From Lama guanicoe (Eukaryota), in contig MU056277.1 of assembly GCA_013239625.1 (NCBI GenBank), positions 1,962,076 to 2,026,075 on the forward strand: a DNA stretch of 64,000 bases, in the 5' to 3' direction. The notes beneath the pieces were generated by a model. It made no database searches. It saw only the letters and a list, made by a program, of their open reading frames with translations, and was not told the DNA's origin. Numbering within the stretch: the stretch's first letter is position 1; each line of letters begins with the position of its first letter. Position numbers and translations under genes: made by a program. Shown in pieces: positions 1 to 12,600 of the stretch.

Positions 1-669
1 ATTCCCATACAGAACCATTCATTTCTATGATATTAGACTTTTGTCTATGCTGTTAAGCTAATTTGACTTTCTCCAGGAATAATCATAGTCTGTTTTCTTA
101 TGATTTGATTATCTTTCAGTATGTAGGAATTATTTCCTTTTGCTAGAGGAAAAAAGTCTCTGGGATTGAATATTCATGTTTCCTTATGTGACTTATAAAA
201 ATGAACACAATGACACCCCATTCCCTTCTAGTGTTCCCATAGGCAGAGTTTCTAGGACAAAGAAATGTTTTCCTGATGGTGCGTGAGGGTTACCAAGATA
301 TAAAGAAGTCCTTGGAAACCATGGCTACAGGTACTTTATTCTGGGTTTATTCAGAATAGGGAAATGGATGAGAAGAGTCTGTTCCGGGTTAGGCCGCGTG
401 TCCTCCAAAGCAGGTACCGCTGGTCGTGTGTAAGTGTGGACGGACACCAGCCACGAGAGAGAGGCTGTGTTTATAAACGGCCAAGTGCTTTCACACTGCG
501 GTGTACCGTGGCCCTTTTTAAAGAAACTTAACAAAGCGGGTGGAGAAGTAGTGTGATCTCCCTTTAAGAGACGTGCGGTGGGACACCTGGATGCAGCTAG
601 TTTAAATCCTGAGAGGAGCCAGTGTGGCTTCGTGGGTTCCCTGCAGATGCTACGTGCGCCCGCCCAAGT

Positions 670-860
670 GTGGCCCTGGCCTGCCCACTTCGGACGCCGT
701 GGAACCGTGGGCAGATGGCTTCGCTTCGCCTCTGCCTCAGTTTCCTCATGGGAGAGTAACTGGCAGTACCGGGCTCAGAGGGTGGTTGTGAGGGTGAAAT
801 GAGCTAGTACAGGTCTGGAGCTCAGAACGGTGCCTGGCCCCGCTCGTGCCCAGCACTCCT
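670..860 (+). mobile_element. MIR SINE remnant
   Basis: CTCTGCCTCAGTTTCCTCAT core followed by GGTGGTTGTGAGGGTGAAATGAG...AGAACGGTGCCTGGC, matching the recalled MIR consensus. Ends approximate. Confidence 0.75.
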
Positions 861-1377
861 GCCTCTACGGGCTGCAGCATAGCCTTGTCCCCAGGTCACA
901 CCCTGTGTGGTGACTGTCGGTCAGCGCGGCCTGCAGGGCCCCTGGGCTGCCCTTGGGCTGGGTGTGGGGCTCCGATGGAATTAGGCAACTTTAAAACAAG
1001 GCGTGCTCAAATGTCCCCAGGCCGCATTTGGCCACAAAATGCATTTTCAGGCCAGAACCTCGCAGGACACTCCTTCCTCTATTCGTGCCTCATGCTCAGG
1101 CTTGACTGTGAAGCTCGGTGTGGTGACATCCTTGTGGTTTGTTTTTTATCTTCAGCCTGGACGTGCTTGCTGCTTGTCAGAGTCTCTGCCTGTTTCTTGC
1201 TACAATTTTTGCTTTCTAGGATATGTCTTACATCTTGAAGCAGCAAACTCCTGAAGAATCCGACGGTTTTCCTCATGGACAGTAGATACTTGTTTTTGAA
1301 ACAAACTGTTACATTAAGATTTTCTTCTGAGGGAGAAACAAGCATCGTCGGTCCCTGGAGAGCCTCAGGCAGGGCTC

Positions 1378-1456
1378 TGGGCGCGCGCTCAGCCTTCTGA
1401 GGTCTCGGTTTGTATGTGGGAGCGCGCTCAGCCTTCTGAGGTCTCCGTTTATATGC
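1378..1456. repeat. Tandem duplication, 39-nt period, 2 copies
   Basis: GCGCGCTCAGCCTTCTGAGGTCTC[G/C]GTTT[G/A]TATG starting at 1383 and 1422. Confidence 0.9.
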
Positions 1457-3105
1457 GTGCCCTGTGTCTGCTTTCGTTTCTAACCACCAGGTGGGTTGCG
1501 ACACACAGATCAGTGCGCGCTGGTGGTCGGGCGGTTCTGAAAGGCAGCTCGTCCGTTTGCTCAGTCTTAGGAGTCTTGGTCGTAAAAGCTTTCGGTGCTG
1601 CGTGATCCGGAGTGGCTTTCCTGATGCAGCCTTCGCTGCCGCAGGGTGACCTCTGGTCCTTCAGCAACTGGCGTCCGCACCCCAGGACGTTAGTTCAGCC
1701 ACTTGAACCGCGAAGGCCTTCGGGTATTTGAAAGAGGCCACCCCTTAGGCTGACCTGGCTCTGGCCCCGTGGGGCAGGGCGGGCCTCACAGCGTTTGCAC
1801 ACGTCTTTCCAAGCAATCTGCCTGATGTATAATTTAACCTTTGTGTTCTGGCTATTAAGTTAAATTCCTTCCATTGTCCTTTCAAACCCTGGTTGATGCC
1901 TCTCATTAGGGATAATTGATCTCGAGATGCTTCTCTTTCATGCGGAGGGTGGTTTAATAATAACGGGGGGGGGCAGTAGATGTTGGGGTTTCACTGCAGT
2001 CAGTGGAATTTCTAGGGGTGCGAGCACAGTCCTCTGTTTATAGTTGGCTAAAACCGGATCGAATCGACAAACACCCTAGCTGCTCGATACACAGGAAGTC
2101 CTCTGTTTACAGCCGTGCTGGGCTCTGGAACCTAGAAACACATTGTTCCTTGGTGCTGGGCCCATGTGTTCCACTAGAGACGGGTAATCAGAGATGGTTA
2201 GATCCCCAAGTCCCAGACTTATAAATGTTTTTTTAACCAAGTTAAATGCAGGCAGGAATGCTATTTATTTGCAAGGAAAATCAATAAAAAGCCACTTTCA
2301 CAGCCATAAAAACACAAGATTGAACAAGGGATTGTTTTTTGCTTTCCCTTGGAAACTGGTGTCTGAGGAAAACAAAGCAGTTCTTCACGAGGCCAGCATC
2401 GGAGCCCAAAAGATGCAGGTTGAGACCTGGCCTCGGCCTCTGACTGAGACGTGGGCGTCTTCCTGCTTGAAATGGAGAAGCCTGAGTGCGGCTCCCGGGG
2501 TTGGGGGACCTTTGTACAAAGTAGGTGCTGGGTCAGTGGACGTCCCGTTTGACCCCCAGCTCCTCAAAGGGTCTGTATCTCCTGCTTCCTCAAACCTGTG
2601 ACCCCCACCCCCGTCCCCCTCATGGAGGGCGTGGCCTGGCCTTGGACCTGGTGGGGGAACAGCAGTGAGAGCCAGGGCGCGCGCACCCCCCACCCGTGCA
2701 GCCCGTCTCTGGTGATGCTCCTGCCGTCCTGCTTTGAGGCAGGTGACCCCGTCAGCAAAGGTCAGTCCTGCCACCCAGTTCTGGATCTCCCCTCCCCCAC
2801 TCCAACCCTGTTCCTGGATCAGCAGCATCTCCCTTTTAGGGTGGCACCAGCTAGTCCCTGTGGCCTTCGGTCAGCCTGTAAGTAGCCCTTTTGAAAAACA
2901 AAACAAGCTCCCTTGCCCCTGCATTCCCCTCCCGCGGTCACCCCGCTGTTTCTCCCGCAGCTAAGGGTCCCTGACGTGGCCGACACTTGCCTCCTCCTGT
3001 GGTATCTGTCTGACCCCAGTGAGCTCTCTTGTCACCTCTGTCCCATCTGAGGCGCCCCCCACCAGGGGTCTCCTTTCCGCCCTCACGCCGACACGCTGAT
3101 GCAGG

Positions 3106-3665
3106 TGTTCCCAAACTCGCCCGTGCGCTCAGGGAGGCCAGGAAAGCCGAAATGTGGGAGTTGGGAGTCTCGGCCACGTCGGAGTTACCTCAGGGCCGAG
3201 CAAGGGGGACGGGTGGCTCGCGCCCCCAGACCCCAAGCTCTCCGATGGTTTTCGGGGAGAAGTTTTGTTTTAAAGGCAAAACTTGGGGTGAGGGCTGCAG
3301 GCGTGGGACTTTCTTCTGATTGGCGGGGTGGGGGGGGCAGGGTGCCGCTCCAGGAGTTGCAGTTGCTCAGCCTGAAGTTACCGTCCTCCCCCTGGGTAGG
3401 GGCCTTGGGTCCTGCAGAAGAACTCAGCGGTGTTTTTGAGGATTCCTTGAGCAGGACCCAGGATCTGCCCCAGGCTGCACTGCTGTTTCCTGACGGATCC
3501 TCCCTTGTGTCCGCACCCCTCTTCCCTGATGAGCAACTGCTTGAATCTGCCCTTTGGAACTCAGGGAAGGTCCAGGACACTGAAGTCTTTTTCCTACAAA
3601 CCAGAAATGGGGGTCATAGAAAGGATTTGTGCCGGGAGGGCCCCACAGCGCCCTCCTCAGTCTCA
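3106..3665 (-). mobile_element. Solo LTR, ERV1-type (cetartiodactyl family), about 560 bp
   Basis: Minus strand begins TGAGACTGAG and ends AACA (TG...CA). It carries a CCAAT box and a TTTAAAA TATA-like element, and is colinear with a recalled artiodactyl ERV1 LTR consensus. Family name not assigned. Confidence 0.75.
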
Positions 3666-6600
3666 TGGGCCCAGCGCACGTCTAGTGAGTGCCGCATGTG
3701 GCCACTGATACAGCCTCTGCCAGACCGGAGGAGGACATCCCGACCCCAGTCCTCGGGGACGCCCCGGGGCTGTGGGCCCCGCCGAGCCGTTGTCTGGCCG
3801 CTGTATCCCAGGCAGAGAAGGGCCAGGCGGGGCAGCAGCCTCGCGCCGTCCCTGCTGGCTGCTGTCCACTCACTGGGTCACCCCTGGGGCTCGATGCCGA
3901 TGCCCTTTGCCCGCTGTGAGCACCTCTGCCTGGAGGAGACCTCAGGCTCCTGCTGTGCGCGGGGCCCACATTTCCTCCTGGGGCCCGGCCGCCCTCTCAC
4001 GCCCGGCGCAGCTCCCGGCGCAGACCGGCCCCTTATCGCTCCAGCCCTTGGGTGCTTCTGAAGGAGACCGTCGGGCTTCCAGGGCTTGAGTGATTCGTGA
4101 AAGCCTCTTAAAATCTTGTTCACGGTTACCTCGAGCTTTCGGATTCTCTCCTTTGTTCATTTCACGGTCCTCACACAGGAATGGGCAGGGGGTGTCTGGT
4201 CCCACCCCTCGCTGAATAAACACTCAAGTGGAGGAAGGGAAGTCCCCAAGGCTGCAGCCCATGGTCCCCCCACGTCCAGTGGGGCCGATACAGGAAAATG
4301 TGGCACGAGGAGGGCCGTGCCCCAGGTCTCGGGCAGGTCCCTGGGCCGCGTCCCACCAAGAGAGGGTCCTTGGCTCCTCGCAGGCAGGCGCCCAGGAGCG
4401 GGCCGCAGCACGGCGAGGGCAGGTTTGTCCGGAGACCAAGTGTGGGCTCAGAAGGCCAGAGAGGCCACGGGCGTGGGGGTGGCTGTTTAGTTTCAGACGG
4501 AAGTGGGAACACACTCCACGGACGGAGCGCGGGCGCCTGGCTCAGGAGGGAGAGCGGCCGCGAGGGGCACGGCTGCTAGTCTTATGGGCTCGGTGGCCTC
4601 ATGCCTCACTTTGGGGAAGGGGCGGGGAGTCCCAGGAATGGCGGCCCCGCCCACTTCTCACCGTTAGTGGTCGCTGCGAGCAGCGGCTGCGCCGGGAGTG
4701 TTGGCTGGTTGCTGACGCACCACAGTGAGTCTCCTGGACAGCAGCTCTTCCGCCACCTCAGGTCTCGCCAGCTGGCCCTGTTCTCAGTGGCTGTGCCGCC
4801 CCCTCCCCCCACGCCGGTCTCAGGGCCACCTGACTTGGGTGGGAGCTTCCCGAACTTGCCTGGGGAGGACCCTCTCCTGGAGCCTCGTCATGAACAAGCG
4901 TCCTTAGCCGGCCCCACGTGGCCCAGACCCCTCACACGGCGCAGGGCCTTTTGTGTTTACGCTTCTTGTTTTCTGGGCAGGGGGTTCCCAGTTTTTGCCA
5001 GGTTCTCAGAGGAATGCCTGCCCCAGCTAAAGCTGAGACTCGAGAACCAGCGAGGGAGCCAGCCTCCCATGGGGTTGTGTCGATCCCCCCAGGGGCTTCA
5101 GACCGTCTGAGCACACCAGAAAATAACACAACATTGTAGACGGACTGTACTTTAATAGTAATAATTTTAAAACCTTTGAGTTTCTGGCCAACATTTAAAT
5201 CCTGGTGAGTGCACACAAGTATCCAGATGTCCCCAGTTTTTCAAAAATGATGTGATCTGGCCGTGCCGCCTGGATGGCTCCCCCGGGACCACAGTCGCCC
5301 TGTCCCGCGGCCTCCTGTCGCCCACCCGAGCGGGCCCCCTCCCCCCACAAGGACACAGGCCCTCCAGTTTGGGTTCATCCGTGGGTTGGTGCTTCCTTTG
5401 TTTAGAGGCTTGTGGCGGCCCCGGAGAGCAGAGGGGTGGGCTCTGTGTCCTGGGGACGGGGTGGGGAGCCCCGTCTCGTGGGATCCTCGGGGGGTGGGGG
5501 GCTCGTTTGTGCCGTGCTCAGGACGGGAAGAAACCCAACATTGAACTGAATTCAGGAGAGGATTTTAGGCTCCCTCTGTTGACCTTTGTCACCTGGGCGA
5601 CTGCCAGACCAGACAGGTGAGCTCTGTGGCAGGTTAATCACTGTCTGCCTCCTCGGACCAACCCTGTGAACGCTTTTCCCGGGTGTGCAGAGGAGTGGGA
5701 GGGACTCCCTCCGAGGGCTGCCCCCCGCCCCACGCCCCAGGGAGGGGCCTGTTAGTAACATGTTCTTGCTCATTTGCACCTGCTTCTCCTTCAGCTTTCC
5801 CGTCACTCAGGTCCAGGGGTTGGTCATTCTCCAGGATGGGTGTGTTTCCAGACCTGAGCCTGAGTGTTTGACCGCCTCCCGCCTCCTGAGTTTCTGTGGC
5901 TTTGGTTTTACCTTTCATGCATTTCAGAACCTGAGCAGCTCTTGGCAGGTGCGCTAGAAGGTTTGTACTTCAAGCACTGGAACAAGTCATTTTCCTGGGA
6001 GGTGGCGGTGCAACCCCATCGTCCAGCAGCACAGTCCCCCCCACTCCACATAGGATTGAGCCCCGTGGGCTGGGCTGCATCTCTCAAGGTTGGCGGTCCT
6101 TTCAGACATTTGCACAGCCTGGGGTATGTGTTTTATGGGTAAAAAAATACAGCAAGGCTGCCACTGGCAAGGAGAGTCTCAGCCTCCATTGGCTTTACTT
6201 CTGTGCTGACACCAGCACCGCTTCACAGCCCGCGTGGTGGCAGAGGCCAGAGTGACCCGCTGTCCGGGGCTCACGCCAGACGGCCTTCGTGCCGGGGCTC
6301 CGGCAGGGAGCGGCAGCCCTGCTCCCCGGGCAGTCCCTTCGCCCCAGGCCAGCTGTGCGTGACGCTGACGGCACTGCACCTTGCAGAGGGCTGTAAAGAC
6401 TTCTCAGGAGTGGACTGTCACCTCTTGTGCACCTTGTGACAGTTTTGGGGGGTTTTTTGCTTTTGGTTTTGTTCTTGTTTTGGCCCAGGAAGGGAATGAA
6501 AGTAAGGTCACTCTTCCTCGGTCGGAAGCCGCGCGTCTCAGGAGAGGCTTTGTGGCCTGTGGGGAGGGGTGCTGCGTCGCTCCTCCGGGGCCACAGCGGG

Positions 6601-9529
6601 CAGCCCGTGCCCCCCCCCCGGCGTCCCCCGTCCAGCGTGTGTGGACTTTGCAGTTTGCTATCACCTTTCGGTGGGCCTCTTCCTAAGCTCCTCTTCCCTG
6701 GGTCTCATGCGGCGAGGCCGCCAGCCTGAGCACCAGCCTGAGACGGCTGTCATTTCAGCGCACGTGCTCAGTTACTCAGGACAGAGACGCCGAGAATGTG
6801 GCGAGGAAGGAGTCTCCGTGGGTAAACCCTGACGTGTCGTTCAGGACGTGGTTCCCTGAACTGCTCGTCGGGGCTCTGCGAGCCTGGCGTTGTTTTTAAG
6901 CGCGAAGCGGAGGCAGGCCTGCTTGTGTGTGTCCGGGTCTGCTCAGCCCGGGAGGCAGAGCACCCCGGCTGGGTGTGGCGCCCACGACAGGCGGCCCTGG
7001 GGCTGAACTGGTGAGGACCCTCCTTCTGGCTTCCAGATGGCACCTTCTCACTGTGTCCTCTCGTGATCTTTCCCTGGTGCCTTTGTGCCCAGAGATGGCA
7101 GGAGGAGAGGTGGGAGGAGGGAGGGAAGGGGGTGCGGCGAGCGACAGCTCTCTCTCTCTGCTCTCTCTTCTTGTAAGGCCGCCAGTCCTGTCAGATTCCT
7201 GCCCTCGCGGTCTCGTTTAATCTTAATTGCCTCCCCAAATATAAATTCAGGGGGACGCAGTTCAGCTCGTGGCTGAAGTGCGCCATGGACGTAGGTGCTG
7301 CTTGGAGCGTGAATGTTCCGGCAGCTAGAGGACGGCAGGGACGGCGGCCTGGAAGAGCGGCTGCGTTTGCTGACGGTTTCATCAGACAAACACGGAAGCA
7401 AATGCCCTGCGGAGCCTGGAAGGACTGAGTGACGCCCGGTGCTCGGGCAGGACCGGGCAGTGGGTTTGGGTGATTGGACCGCTGTTGGTTTTGACGGACC
7501 GCAGGGCCCCTGCCGGGCCGGGCCAAAGGCTGTGTGTGTTTCTGTGTTTGCTGCTGCTCCTTCCTGGAAGAGGCGGGTGGGAGGGTGGTGGTTAGTGCCA
7601 AGACGCGGTCCACGCTGTTATTCTGGGTTTTGTGTTACAACCTAAATCCACAGCGTCTGGCTCACTGAGGGGACAGATGTCACGGTGTCTGCCACGTAAC
7701 TGGATTGGACGGCGTGTCTGCTCCAGAGGCATCATGAGCCGCTTCCTCTAGTCAGTGGGGTTGGGTCTGGGGACTCCATGCTGTCGGGACGCCTCTGTGC
7801 ACGGCGACCCCTTGCCTCTGGCAGCAGTGGAAAGTGGTGCTTGAAAACTGAACCTGGAGGGCTCGTGGGGTGACAAGGACCTGTCTCCTCTGCGGTAGCG
7901 GGCCCAGCACTGGTGGTTTGGGCTGTCGCCCACACCGGCTCCCAGGCCACCTGCTGCCTACCTCTCCGTCACAGCCTCGTTCTCTTCCATAAAAGTGTGC
8001 TTTTGCTGTTACGACCTGCTATTGGAAATGGCCCCAAAGCGTCACACAGCGTACGGTCAGGTGCTCGGGGGGCCCGTGTAGATCCACCCTCTGGTGCTGG
8101 AGCCGTCAGTGGTTGTGACACTGTCCGGGGGTCTCTCCCACCTCCCCACACGGTCCGGTCCGTGCAGACCGACGTCCTCCAGTCGAGGGATCTGCTTCCT
8201 GAGGACCTCAGGTCCACATCTGGGGGTGTGAGCTGATGTGGGCCTGGCATGCTGCTGGCCTCCCTCCCCGTGCCCGCTCCCGCGCACGGTGCCCTCGCGG
8301 CCCCTCCTGTGGCCCCCTGGGCTGCCTGAGAAGGAGGGGGCCGTCCTGGCCGTCATGTGGTCTCCCTCCTTCAGAGAAAAGAGGATTTCCTGCAGCCTAT
8401 TTTCAGTAAAGGATTAGGGCCAATGAGGTTCCGCCATTGGCATGTCAACTAGAATTCTGTGTGATTTTCTTTTTCCAAAAAGGCCTCAGACTGCCCACCA
8501 AACATGAGTTTTCAAATCATGGAGTTTTAGAGTTATTCCATGGAACAAAATCATTGGTGTGGAAGATACGTGATTTGAAGGGAAATCAGACCTACGTCTA
8601 TCTGTCACTTGCAGGTAAAACGTGTGACAGAGTACCTGAGAATGGCAGATGAATTATGTGCGTGTAGAATAGCTTAAATCGCCTTTTCTCCTTAGGAAGC
8701 GTGTGGAAGTAGTCGTTTGGACTCACGGGTGTAGGTAAGCCATGGGGAGTTGGAAGATCGCCGTGAAGTACACACGTGCATGCATCTCAGCGTGGCGGTC
8801 AGCCTGACAGCAGCGTGTGTGTACGAAGCTGGGAGGGACCTTCAGGTGACGAGCACTCCTTCCAGGCCTCATTTCCGATGTTACTTAACTCATGTTGCCA
8901 TTTTTCTGATGTAAACGGGGAATAAAATGTGTAAGCTCTTGGCGCTGGGGAACACGTGTGGGCAGACCTGGGCGGGTTCTCGGGAGGAAGGCGTGTGAGG
9001 CACCAGGTCCAGACTGGGTGCCCAGAGCTGATGGTCACCGGATGTTTACCAACGCGCTGTCCGCGCTGAGATGTCTGCGGGGACCACGGTGCACAGACAG
9101 CCCGGCCCCCCGGGACCGCGTTGTGGTGGTAGACGGCAAAGTCCACACATGGTGTGGCAGGTGTCAGGAAGGGCTGGGGACAGGAGGGGTGGGGGGCGGT
9201 GGCAGGAACCAGGCCGTGGGAGAGAGAGGAGGGTTCCCGGTCCGGGAAGCTCAGGGCTGAGGGGTGGAGGGAGGGCACGGGGCCCGGGGCAGAGGCGGGA
9301 GGTGGCAGGATGCTGTGTCACACATTTTACTGAATGGGAGCTCGTGGCTGCCCTTCACTGCGTTGCCTGAAATATGGAATATGTTTTACCTGTTGCTTTT
9401 GATAAAGCTGTAAATTTGTTTTAAAGTTCTATGGCCGAATGAGGAAAATGTTACCTAGTCGGTAAATTAGGATGGTTTTAACATTATAAAGATGCACAGA
9501 TTTCTTCAATGAATATACAGTGGGTTGGT

Positions 9530-9678
9530 TTGTGGGCATAAAACATACATAAAATTTACCATTTTGCCTGTTTTAAAGTGAGTGTATGTTTCAGTGGCTT
9601 CACATACATTCATGTTTTGTGCAGCCATCACCACCATCAATTTCCAGAACTTTCCCACCTTCCCAAATAGAAACTGAC
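9530..9678 (-). mobile_element. L1 (L1MB-like) 3' end fragment
   Basis: CATAAAATTTACCATTTT...TGTGCAGCCATCACCACCATCAATTTCCAGAACTTT is typical of an antisense L1M 3' UTR. Confidence 0.7.
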
Positions 9679-12600
9679 TTATGGGCAATTTTAAGTAGTT
9701 TATTCTATATTTGGTATTTGGTGTCTTGTTTGTTTTTTGTTGCTGGCTTTTTTTTTTTGAAACACATTTTTTTAACTCAACGAAAAAGACCTTATCAGGG
9801 TCATGGAAAGACTTACTGAAACGTAAGCACTAATTGCATTTTAAAATGGAAAATGTATCCTGGCAGGAGGGGTCTTTTTTTTCCCTGTTTAATAATTGGT
9901 GACGTTAAGTTTTATTAAAATTTGAAGGCTTGACTGTGAGGGTTCGTCTGGGCTTCGTGTTTTGTTTAATATGTGCTTGCGGAGAGCAGCAGGAGCGTGA
10001 TTTTTGTTCTAGAGAAGAAAGTCCGGTGTTTGCCTTAGAACAGGCAACTCTGTAATGAGGCAGAAATCATGGAAGTCTTGTCTGTTGGCAGTGCATTCAC
10101 ACGACAGCAGCTCGTGATGTTACGTTTGTTTAATGATGTTACAGAGCCACATGGCTTTCTCCTAAGCGCGTTGATAAGGAATGGAAATTGAAGCATTTTA
10201 TAAAGTGAAGTTTTTGTCCAGAAACTCCACTCTGCTGATTGACTGGTTTAGATAAGTTCTGTGCTTTCGGTTAATCTATAACATTTATTCTTTTACCACC
10301 TAAAAAATTACTCAGAAGTAGATTAAACTTTAAACGTGAGGATTTTTTTCTGTGCAGTTGTTGGTTCTGTGAGAAGCAATTTCCTGTCATTTCTACTCCA
10401 AGGTGACGTGAGAGCTGTTGGTTCTTAAGCTGAAATACGTCTTTGTTGGTTTCCTAAGTCGCTCTGTCACTTTTTAGAGAACAGCGCGGTTTCCAAAGCA
10501 ACAAGTGCCTTTTTTATTGAGTAATTAGTTTATTAGCAGGAAACCCAGTTGTGCAGTTGGGTAATTATCTCTCCTGAGTAGTTCAGCTTGTGGAAAACCA
10601 CAGGTGTAGCAGGAGGTGGCGAGATGCCCTGCTTGACAGGCGGAAGGGGAGCGTTGAGGGTTCCTAGCGGCCCTCCCGGAGCCCCCTTGCAGTTTAAGTT
10701 CCTCAAAAGACAGGTTGGCGTTGGTTTGTGTCAGTCGTTACCCTCACGAATTCAGAGACCTTTTTAGGTCTGATGATGACGCCTTGTTGACGCAGTGGCT
10801 CCTGCCCCTGGCTGGGGGCGTGGCACTGGCTCTTTTCCTTTCCGGGCCCCACCTCCCACAGACGGTCCATGCACCTTCGGTCATTGTCTCAGTGGGTGGC
10901 TGGCCCACTTCCTGCCTGCCTGTCACCTGATTCAGGAGCACGAATTCCGCGTCTGCGTTACTTCGTGTTTGCTGTGGGCCTGGCCGAGAAAGGGCAGCCT
11001 GGTTGTGTCTCGACCTGCAGGCCGAGGGCCGGGCGGAGGAGCAGGCCCTCGGGGCTCAGGAGTCGGGCTGTGTGGGGACTCTGCTCTGTGCAGGCGCCCG
11101 TCCCCCAGCCCCCGGCCGTGCTTGGTCCCAGGGTCCCAGGTGTGCTTTCCTCGGCGGCTTTGCAGAGTCCAGGCTCAAGGTTACTTGAGGGTGGCATCTT
11201 GGGAGGTGGGACGCCGCCCCGATGTGTGAGGTCAGATTTAACTCTCGGGTTGATGGGAACAGACCGAGAGGAGGCCATGTGGGCCCTCTCGTCTTTCTAA
11301 ACACACCCTGGGGCCTCGGTGTCGACTCCGTTCTGGGGCGCAGATGAGGAAGGGCAGAGAGAAGCCCCAGTTCACCTCCCAAATCTGAGGCTCCTCGCCC
11401 CGGCCCAGCCGTGGGGGACGTGGTGCTGGACGGAGCTTCATGGTAAGAGCGGTCATGTGCCTCTTCACCTTTGCTTCTGAACGCTTAATGTATCCGGAGT
11501 GCTGCAGTGTGTTCCAAAAATAGTGCATTGGGTTTCTGCTTCCCGCACAGCCTGGCCAGTAGCTCCCCAGGAGAAGGCAGTGCAGCGTCCCCGCAGTCAA
11601 AGAGCAACCTGAGTCCCCTCCCACTCTGCCCCCAGGCACGGATGAAATGCTCTGTCCGTGGTCCAGCTTACCTGGGGATTGAGGCGTGAGGGCTGGTTTC
11701 CTGCAGCCCTCCCCTCTAGGTGTGTCATTTAGACCCCAACTCATGGACGGGAGAGGGGGGCCACCAGCCCAGATGGCACAGCGGGGGGCAGAGGCTGGCC
11801 TGTCTCCAGGGCAGGTCATTTCCCTTCATTGTATGTCTCCCACGTACCCCTCAGTGGGAAGCCCAGCTGGATTCCATGGTGGTCTGTAAAGTGTGGATGG
11901 GGAGAGAGAACGTTACTCGGGGAAAGGCCTGGCCAGGAGGCCTTCTTTATCCTTGGAAATGCTGCTGCCGATGAGCTTGTGGTCCCAGTCCCCACCAGCT
12001 CTTACCCTAGGCGCCCCCTTCCTGGACCAGCCTGCGCCCCAGCTGAGGCTAAAACCCCTCCGACGTGCGGCTCTGGTCCAGCCAGGCTGCACCCACCCCT
12101 GCCGGCTCTGGCGTCCCTGGGACAGAATCGAAAAGAGGCAAAACTTGTGGAGCCGACCACGCACCCAGGAGGGGCTGGACGCTTCCAGAAGCGGGCGTTT
12201 TCCCGGCAGCCACCCCTGGAGCTCAGAGCGGGCGTTTGCTTGGATGTTGGAACGAGACACGTTGGGTCGCTGTGAGCAGAGGCCCGAACGTGTGACGCAG
12301 GGAGCCTCGGTGGACCTGGGGTGGTGGTAGGCCTGTCCGCAGTGTCACACGGCAGAGGCCAGGTCGCTGTGTGCGTCCCTGGGAAACGCTTCTCAACATC
12401 CCGGTGCTCACGGACCTGAGCACCGTGCCGTTAGCCGTGCTGGAGCGGAAGGAGCCGTGGCCGCGTGGAGGCCGCGCCGTGTCTGGGTGCCTCTCAGATG
12501 CTCTCACGGGTTTTAATTCCCGTTTAAGCCGCCCCTTCTGAGGCTGCCTTTGTTCAGGCAGGAGGAAAGGTTTGCCCCGCTTTGTTTGCGGGGAGATCGC

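Noticed and set aside
3099-4061. 320-aa ORF, the longest in the track
   Set aside because: It runs antisense through the solo LTR and into GC-rich intron; no recognisable domain.
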